A stretch of 14,507 nt of DNA from Octopus sinensis (lineage: Eukaryota): assembly GCF_006345805.1 (NCBI RefSeq), contig NW_021825755.1, positions 1 to 14,507 on the forward strand, written 5' to 3'. The position numbers were made by a program, and so were the translations under genes. Shown here piece by piece: positions 7,082 to 14,507 of the stretch. Every line of letters starts with the position of its first letter. Position 1 is the stretch's first letter. The notes under the pieces were generated by a model. It did not search any database, had not been told where the DNA came from, and saw only the letters and a list, made by a program, of their open reading frames with translations.

Positions 7082-7529
7082 ATTTCTTTACTACCCACAA
7101 GGGGATATACACAGAGAGGACAAACGAGGACAGACAAACGGATTAAGTCGATTATATCGACCCCAGTGCGTAATTGGTACTTATTTAATCGACCCCGAAG
7201 GGATGAAAGGCAAAGTCGACCTCGGCGGAATTTGAACTCAGAACGTAGCGGAAGACGAAATACCGCTAAGCATTTCGCCCGGCGTGCTAACGTTTATTAT
7301 TTCTTTACTGCCCACCAGGGGCTACACAAAGAGGGGACAAACAAGGACAGATAAACGGATTAAGTCGATTATACCAACCCCAGTGTGTAACTGGTACTTA
7401 TTTAATCGACCCCGAAAGGATGAAAGGCAAAGTCGACCTCGGCGGAATTTGAACTCAGAACGTAAAGACAGACGAAATACTGCTAAGCATTTCACCCGGC
7501 GTGCTAACGTTTCTGCCAGCTCGCCGCCT
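7082..7529 (-). mobile_element. Family A SINE dimer (full copy 7296-7529 followed by a copy lacking ~18 nt of head, 7082-7293)
   Basis: Two colinear reverse-complement copies of the 5978-6205 sequence; on the minus strand the junction is GAAATAATAA|ACGTTAGCACG. Confidence 0.9.
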
Positions 7530-7660
7530 TTCATTCCTAACTATATTGCTGTTATATGATTTTACTAAACTTCAACAGTATGAAAGCGAGTTCGATTCAC
7601 GCATGATATGGACTTTATTTAAAGTATTTATTACATTAATTTCATTTTTTTTTAGATAAA

Positions 7661-7878
7661 GGCTGCGATATGGCAGAATCGTTAGCACGCTAGGCAAAAT
7701 TCTTAGCACCATTTCGTCCGTCTTTACATTCTGAGTTCAAATTCCACCATAGTCGACTTCGCCTTTTATTCTTTCAAAGGCGATAAAATAAGTACCAGTT
7801 GAGCACTGGAGTCGAAGTAATCGACTTACCTCCTCCCCCGAAATTGCTGGCCTTGTACCAAAATTAGAAAGGAATATT
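7661..7878 (+). mobile_element. Family A SINE with alternative tail (type 2)
   Basis: Same head and body to TAATCGACTTA, then CCTCCTCCCCCGAAATTGCTGGCCTTGTACCAAAATTAGAAAGGAATATT in place of the type 1 tail. Confidence 0.85.
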
Positions 7879-8503
7879 GTATTTCAAACATCGCACAAAT
7901 ACATTAGCGGAGTAGTAGAATCATCAAGCTTTCAACATAACTGCATAACATAAGCTGTACCTGTGGAAATTCCAAGGTTATTTTGAAAACTATAAGACTG
8001 TTGGAATTTTTTGGTATTTTCTCTGAAGTATTTGATTCTGGAAATATTGTAAATTCCATATAGATTGTACTGAATTTACAATCCTAGGGGAATACATCTT
8101 GGAAAATTATATTCTCTTTTCTGTGGGTTTTTTTTTTTTTATAATAGTCATCCTTTCTTCTTTGAAGATTGTTAGCTATTGTTTTTACTCTTACGCCATG
8201 AGGTAAACAATATTAACTATGGAAGGCGATCGAAGATATAATCCGTCAATAATATTTTTCCGCTACATAACTACTTCTTTGGTATTGCTTTAATAAATCT
8301 TTTACGGTGTGCTACCTCATAACTTTTGCGATCCAAAAGTTGGACATTTTGTTGGGCAAGAAACTATTTATCGGCCAATTGCTTTCCTTATGAATAACAT
8401 AACATAAAAACTGAATAATATTGTACGAATCTGTCTCTAATAGATTATATCGTGTATTGTTATACTCCAGTGTTCCATAAGTTAATGTCGCGTTTATTTA
8501 AAG

Positions 8504-8570
8504 CAGCGCTTCTTAAACTTTTTTCCATTCGTAACCCCACTTTTCATCACGAAATTTTTCGCGACCCCAG
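8504..8570 (+). mobile_element. Probable hAT (Charlie/Buster-like) MITE left end
   Basis: CAGCGCTTCTTAAACTTTTT...GCGACCCC resembles Charlie-type termini and is preceded by the 8-mer ATTTAAAG (nnnTAnnn target). The partner end and second TSD were not found. Confidence 0.4.
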
Positions 8571-8795
8571 GTATTAAATATGAAATAAAACATACAAATA
8601 AATACATAATTTATTTATCTATTTATTTATTTATTTGCACACAATATGCATACAAAAAAAAGTAGTTGTATTTGTCAAAATAAAGATAGTTTTAGGATTT
8701 GTTTCAAATACAAAAATAAACCAAAGTAAAAATCAATTTGACGGATGTACTTGTTTCTTGCTGCATAACCTTGGTGTAATATTTGACACTGCTAC

Positions 8796-9417
8796 GGCGG
8801 CGAGCTGACAGAAACGTTAGCGCGCCGGGCGAAATGCGTAGCCGTACTTCGTCTGCCGCTACATTCTGAGTTCAAATTCCGCCGAGGTCGACTTTGCCTT
8901 TCATCCTTTCGGGATCGATTAAACAAGTACCAGTTACACACTGGGGTCGATATAATCGACTTAATCCGTTTGTCTGTCCTTGTTGTCCCCTCTGTGTTTA
9001 GCCCCTTGTGGGTAGTAAAGAAATAGGCATTTCGTCTGTGTTACGTTCTCAGTTCAAATTCCGCCGAGGTCGACTTTGCCTTTCATCCTTTGGGGATCGA
9101 TTAAATAAGTACCAGTTACGCACTGGGGTCGATATAATCGACTTAATCCGTTTGTCTGTCCTTGTTTGTCCCCTCTATGTTTAGCCCCTTGTGGGTAATA
9201 AAGAAATAGGTATTCCGTCTGCCTTTACGTTCTGAGTTCAAATTCCGCCGAGGTCGATTTTGCCTTTCATCATTTTGGGGTCGATAAATTAAGTAGCCCT
9301 CTATGTTTAGCCGCTTGTGGGCAATGATGAAATAGGTATTCCGTCTGTTTTTACGTTCTGAGTTCAAATTCCGCCGAGGTCGACTTTGTTTTTCCTCCTT
9401 TTGGGGTCGATAAATTA
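8796..9417 (+). mobile_element. Family A SINE multimer: one 48-nt head plus four tandem units (8844, 9027, 9210, 9336)
   Basis: Units 1 and 2 are 183 bp, unit 3 is 126 bp (internal deletion), and unit 4 is truncated. Every junction reads GAAATAGG(T/C)ATT(T/C)CGTCTG. Confidence 0.92.
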
Positions 9418-9555
9418 TGATGATAATGATGATCATGATGATCATGATGACCGTAAGGGTAATGATGATGATAACCACGACGACGATGACGACGAGGAGG
9501 ATGAGGAAGATGAGGATGATCATCGTGATGATGACGATGATGGCGATCTAATGAT
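9417..9555. repeat. Degenerate (GAT/GAC)n trinucleotide repeat, resuming at ~10049-10152 beyond a family B SINE
   Basis: Direct reading; accounts for the ORFs 9143..9523 and 9386..9721. Confidence 0.9.
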
Positions 9556-9557
9556 GA

Positions 9558-10038
9558 AGGAGTGGCTGTGTGATAAGTACCTTTCTTACCAACAACATGG
9601 TTCTGGGTTCATTCCCACTGCGTGTCACCTTGGGCAAGTGTCTTCAACTATAGCCTTGGACCGACCAAAGCCTTGTGAGTGGATTTGTGTAGACGGAACT
9701 GAAAGAAGCATTATAAGATAAAGAATATCATCTATTATTATATTATATATATATATATATATATAGTATATATATATAAATAATATATAGATATATATAT
9801 ATATTATGTATGTCGTATTGTATGTATGCGTATGTGTTGTGTATCTATGTGTCTATGTTGTACCCCAACATACCTCCTCCTCCCCCGATAATCGATGCTT
9901 AGCGGTTCGGCCAAAAGGACCAATAGAATAAGTACTAGGCTTACAAAGAATAAGTCCTGGAGTCGATTTGCTCGACTAAAGGCGGTGATCCAGCATGGCC
10001 GCAGTCAAATGACTGAAACAAGTAAAAGAGTAAAAGAA
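9558..10038 (+). mobile_element. Family B SINE with expanded central (TA)n/(TATG)n tract
   Basis: AGGAGTGGCTGTGTGATAAG head and GGGTTCATTCCC B-box-like motif. GTGTCACCTTGGGCAAGT (9622-9639) resembles the MIR/CORE motif GTGACCTTGGGCAAGT. The 3' end is CAGTCAAATGACTGAAACAAGTAAAAGAGTAAAAGAA. Confidence 0.9.
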
Positions 10039-10579
10039 TAGAAGAGAGTATGATGATAATGATGACGATGAATATGATGATGATGATCATGATGATGATG
10101 ATGATGTAATGATGACGATGACGCGGAATTCGACGACGACGACGATGATGAAATTACATTCGTTCGAGTCAATCTACCAACCAAATTAGTTCAATAAATT
10201 TGATATAATAATTACATAGATCAGAAATATATAGAACAGTAGTCTGCTACAGGTATTAATGACTAAGTCCAGAATCACAGAACCGTGTACGTAATCCTCT
10301 TTACACAATTTTACTTTTATTTATTTATTTATTTACTTCTTTTTTTTATGAGGTGTTAATTAGTGAGAGTAATTGGCCGGGTTTGTTTGAACATCCATCT
10401 GATTCTACCATTCAAAGGCATATCTTTAGAGGCATGTGATGTACAATTAGAATCTAAATGACAATCTAAATGAAATCATGCCGTAGACAATCAGAATTAT
10501 ATCGCTTTAAGGAGACAATGCGTTATTATGCTAACAATGAATGATAAACTGCATCATGTAGTTGCGGTTATTATTGGTG

Positions 10580-10952
<373 letters not shown>

Positions 10953-11072
10953 GTGTGTATATAATTTAGTCAATGACTGCTTAGGCACTCTGAAATGACA
11001 TCAATCAAATTTTAGTGCGATGGATGATTTAACGTAACTATTTCGCCACCATCATTACCACAATCACCACAA

Positions 11073-11081
11073 TCTCTCTCA

Positions 11082-11180
<99 letters not shown>

Positions 11181-11200
11181 TCTATCTATCTATCTATCTC
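11073..11200. repeat. (CT)n tract ending in (CTAT)n
   Basis: Direct reading. Confidence 0.97.
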
Positions 11201-11304
11201 ATAAGTTCAGATCACCTTCGGATCAACTCCTGCCTTTCATCCTTCCACAGTCAATAAACTAAGTGTTAGTAATATACTGAAATTTATTCAACTAGCTATT
11301 TAGT

Positions 11305-11333
11305 CTACTACTACTACTACTACTACTACTACA

Positions 11334-11381
<48 letters not shown>

Positions 11382-11423
11382 GCTTCTGCTACTGCTACTA
11401 CAACTACTACTACTACTACTACT
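11305..11423. repeat. (CTA)n microsatellite
   Basis: Direct reading; accounts for the poly-V ORF. Confidence 0.97.
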
Positions 11424-11454
11424 CCTTCTGGAAAATGAATTATGCAGATTCTCA

Positions 11455-11622
11455 TCGATGTTGTTTCTGTTGACGTTGTTGATGGCGATAATGATGACGA
11501 CGACGACAATGTAAAAGGAGATGATGATAATGCTGCTGCTCTTGTTGATGCTGATGATGATGACGTTGGTGATAATGACGATCGTGATGAAGACGACGGC
11601 GACGACGACGGAGATAATGATG
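11455..11622. repeat. Degenerate (GAT/GAC)n repeat
   Basis: Direct reading; accounts for the poly-D and poly-H/R ORFs. Confidence 0.9.
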
Positions 11623-11714
11623 TTTTCTATCGCATTGCACTAGTGTAGGTCTAATTGACTGATTCTACTTCTGATGACACAACCCATTTCCAGAATCATT
11701 CGGAAATAATGAAC

Positions 11715-12095
11715 TGCCGTTGCCTCTTGTTGTCTCTTGTGATCTCCCCTTATCTCAGTTGCCTACTGTTGCCTCACGTTGCCGCACATTGCCTTATGTT
11801 GCCTCGTGTTGGTTCCGTTACTTCCCGTTGCTTTCCGTTGTCTCCCGTTATTTTTCATTGGCTCCCATTGTGCTCCCACCCCTTGCCTTCCATTATCTCC
11901 CGGTGTCTCCCATTGTTTCCTGTTGCCTTCCATTGCCTTCCGTTATCTCCCATTGCCCCCCTGCTGCCCTCCCGTCACCTTCCGTCATCTCCTGTTGTCT
12001 CCCGCTGTTATCTTCCGTTGCCTTCTGTCACTTCAAGTTGCTTCCTGTTGTCTTTCGTCTTCCCCTGCCACCAGCCCCACTTACTGTTATCTCCC
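11715..12095. repeat. Degenerate 10-bp minisatellite (consensus ~RTTGYCTYCC), roughly 35-38 units
   Basis: In-register decamers, e.g. from 11883: TTGCCTTCCA TTATCTCCCG GTGTCTCCCA TTGTTTCCTG TTGCCTTCCA TTGCCTTCCG TTATCTCCCA. Confidence 0.9.
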
Positions 12096-12293
12096 CTTGC
12101 GTACTGCAAATCCATTTTAGAGGAATGGAATCCTGAACAGCACAGCAAGCTAATAAAATACATATCGATGGTATATTTTAATGGTATATTTTAACCGTGG
12201 AATATAATTGCAGCTAGCGTTACTGGGTTTGCGAAAATTATATCTTCTGCCGATGATATACCACAGTTCTTCTAACAGCATATGTGTTAATAA

Positions 12294-12684
12294 GAAGGCC
12301 GCGAGCTGACAGAATAGTTGGGCGAAATGCTAAGCGGCATTTCGTCTGCCGCTACGTTCCGAGTTCAAATTCCGCCGAGGCCGACTTTGCCTTTCATCCT
12401 TTCGGGATCGATTAAATAAGTACCAGTTACGCAGTGGGATCGATGTAATCGACTTAATCCGTTTGTCTGTCCTTGTTTGTCCTCTCTGTGTTTGGCCCCT
12501 TGTAGGTAGTAAAGAAATAGGTATTTCGTCTGCCGGTAAGTTCTGAGTTCAAATTCCGCCGAGGTCGACTTTGCTTTTCATCCTTTCGGGGTCGATTAAA
12601 TAAGTACCAGTTACGCATTGGGGTCAATGTGATCGACATAATCCCTTCCCCCAAGTCTAAGGCCTTGTGCTTCCAGTAGAAAGA
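12294..12684 (+). mobile_element. Family A SINE chimeric dimer (unit 1 with tail type 1, unit 2 with tail type 2), 14-bp TSD
   Basis: Junction GAAATAG|GTATTTCGTCTG at 12520/12521. The second unit ends CCCTTCCCCCAAG..AGGCCTTGTGCTTCCAGTAGAAAGA. Flanks are ATATGT(G/A)TTAATAA at 12280-12293 and 12685-12698. Confidence 0.88.
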
Positions 12685-12842
12685 ATATGTATTAATAACA
12701 TATGTAATTTTCTTAGATGTGATGCAGTGGGATCCAGTTTGGGATCTTGTGGGTGCCAAGTAAACTTCTTACCCATTCACCCCTACTGCATCTACAGTAT
12801 ACAATGTACAAACCATTGAAGGCAAAAAAGGGGAAAGAAAAT

Positions 12843-13322
12843 TAGTGCAAGACCCTAGTGTTCAACTGGTGCTTATTTTATCGACCCCGAAATTCTTGGT
12901 TGGTCCCTTAGTTTGTCGATTCCGAATGGATGAAAGGCAAAGGTGGCCCCAGTGGGATTTGAACTCAGATCGTAAAGAAGGCTGTAAGGTATTTTGTCCG
13001 TTGCAGGAGTCAAGGCCAGCAATTTTGAGAAGAGGGGACAATTCGATTACATCGACTCCCTGTACTTGGCTGATACTTCGTTTTATCGACTTCGAAAACT
13101 GAATTTTTGAAGGGTAGGAAGAAGTCGATTACACCGACCCAAGTACTCCACTGGTACTTTATTTTATCTACCCGGAAAAGATGAAAAAAGTTAAGTTGGC
13201 CTTGGCGAGATTTGAACGAATGATGTAAAGAGCCGAAGAAATGTCGGTAAGCATTTTGTCCGAAAGAAATGCCGGTAAGCATTTTGTCCGACACGCTAAC
13301 GAGTCTTCCAGCTCGACGCCTT
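12843..13322 (-). mobile_element. Cluster of older family A SINE copies (about 12843-13000 and 13010-13322)
   Basis: Diverged matches TTTATCGACCCCGAA, GGATGAAAGGCAAAG, GATTTGAACTCAG and GCTAACGAGTCTTCCAGCTCGACGCCTT. Includes a 28-bp tandem duplication (13236-13291) and a 30-bp insert flanked by CCGAA (12887-12926). Confidence 0.75.
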
Positions 13323-14172
13323 GAGAAATGGATATAAACAATTGCAAACGATGAATATGTGGTGATGCTACATTTAATCATTTCGTGCGAGGATTTGTGA
13401 TGGAAATAAAATGTGAGTGTTTACGGGTACAAGTTCTGGATACTTAGATCTTTTACTACATTTGAAAAAAACACTTATAAGTTTTTAATCTATATTTTAT
13501 CACCAGAAAATATTTTTTTTAACACCAGAATCTTTCAGTAAAATAAATGACTCTAAGATTAGAAAAAAAATGATTCTTTAATAGACAAAAATTTATATTT
13601 ACAATATTATATATCTCTCTTCCCCAATCTGAAATATTTAATATATTTTATGTATAAGTCATAGATTTTAACGTATTTTTACATTTTGATTATTTTTATT
13701 TATTTCAATAAATAATTGAATTAAAATAAATCGAAAAATACGTTAAGAACATAATGAGATAATAATGTCTCACGGAGTAATTAAAGTTTAAACACTTTTT
13801 TTCGGAAAGCAGCAAAATGAAGGTAATTGATCATATAATCACTTAATTGAATTATTAAATTATATTATATTAAATTATATTATATTATATATTAGGATGA
13901 CCAGAAATTAATGTCAGTTTTAAAGAACGAGATGTAAAATCATATGGAGCAGAGGTGAAGACAATATGATTTAATCAAAGTTAAACTCTATTTGGTTCAA
14001 TATACTTCTGCCGAAGTGTAATGGGGTAATATATTTCTGTTCGGTAGAAATCAGAGTTTTACAGTCTATCGACTCTTTAAATTTTCTTTATCCATCTGTC
14101 GGGGTTTGAAAATATTTACTGTCAATAAAATTGCCAACGGAATTATTAAAAAAAAAGAAAATCAGAAAGAAA

Positions 14173-14507
14173 TTGCTGCGAGCTTGTAGAATCGTAAGAG
14201 AGTTGGAAAAACTGCTTTGCAGTATTAGTATTGCTTCCTGTTCTTTATTTTCTAAGTTGAAATCCTGCTGAGGATTTTTTTCCTTTCATCCATTCCCAGC
14301 AGATCCAATAAAGTACCAATCAAGCACTTGAATTCATGGAATCGGATTAACACTTCCCATTCAAAGTTGCAGGCTTTTTACCAAAATTGGGAACAATTTT
14401 TTTGTGTGGAGGCAAGGCCACGATCACGCAGAATCGTAGGAGCTTTGCAGTATTTCTTTCTACTCTTTATGTTCTGTCTTCAGATCCCATCGAGATCAAC
14501 TTTGCCT
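14173..14507 (+). mobile_element. Two highly diverged family A SINE copies (about 14173-14398 and 14414-14507, the second cut by the window edge)
   Basis: GCTGCGAGCTTGTAGAATCGT...CCTTTCATCC...AATAAAGTACCAATCAAGCACT...GGCTTTTTACCAAAATTGGGAAC; the second copy is GCAGAATCGTAG...TTCAGATCCCATCGAGATCAACTTTGCCT. Confidence 0.6.

Noticed and set aside
8046-8082. Perfect 11-bp inverted repeat ATTGTAAATTC/GAATTTACAAT as a pre-miRNA or terminator
   Set aside because: The stem is AT-rich, too short for a pre-miRNA and does not extend; this is compatible with chance.
9015-9060. Hammerhead ribozyme at the SINE multimer junction (retrozyme-like model)
   Set aside because: The antisense strand has GACGAAAUA(U/C)..UAUUUC, but the upstream sequence is CUCAGAA or CUGAGAA rather than CUGANGA/UUGANAA, and no stem II forms. 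No core was found on either strand.
8796-9417. Regularly spaced repeats as a CRISPR array or prokaryotic system
   Set aside because: Units are ~183-bp SINE bodies with no unique spacers, there are no cas genes, and the context is clearly eukaryotic.
11671-11712. CTGATGA...GAAA as a hammerhead
   Set aside because: The intervening sequence cannot form stem II and there is no stem I/III complement; it lies next to a GAT-rich repeat.

Overview
Eukaryotic, AT-rich, repeat-dominated genomic DNA (intronic or intergenic). The repeat families look like those of Octopus (coleoid cephalopod); this is recognition from memory, not a search result. No confident protein-coding gene is present: the supplied ORFs are explained by SINEs, microsatellites or low-complexity repeats. 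Contents: about 15 copies or fragments of a tRNA-derived SINE (here 'family A', with two alternative 3' tails and head+(183-bp unit)n multimers), 3 copies of a CORE-like SINE with a central microsatellite ('family B'), a complete non-autonomous Helitron, a Tigger/pogo-like end, a probable hAT end, a ~500-bp retroelement 3' fragment inside an (AAT)n tract (Dong/R4-like), a decayed 5S rRNA copy, many SSRs and minisatellites, and one weak candidate exon. The most notable signal is a head-to-head palindrome at 464-688. Its minus-strand arm carries a minimal type I hammerhead-ribozyme fold with a U3/A8 core variant, as in Penelope-like pLTRs. The opposite arm lacks exactly the ribozyme core and resumes at the predicted cleavage site. 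Family names A and B are working labels; matches to published octopus SINE names are unverified.
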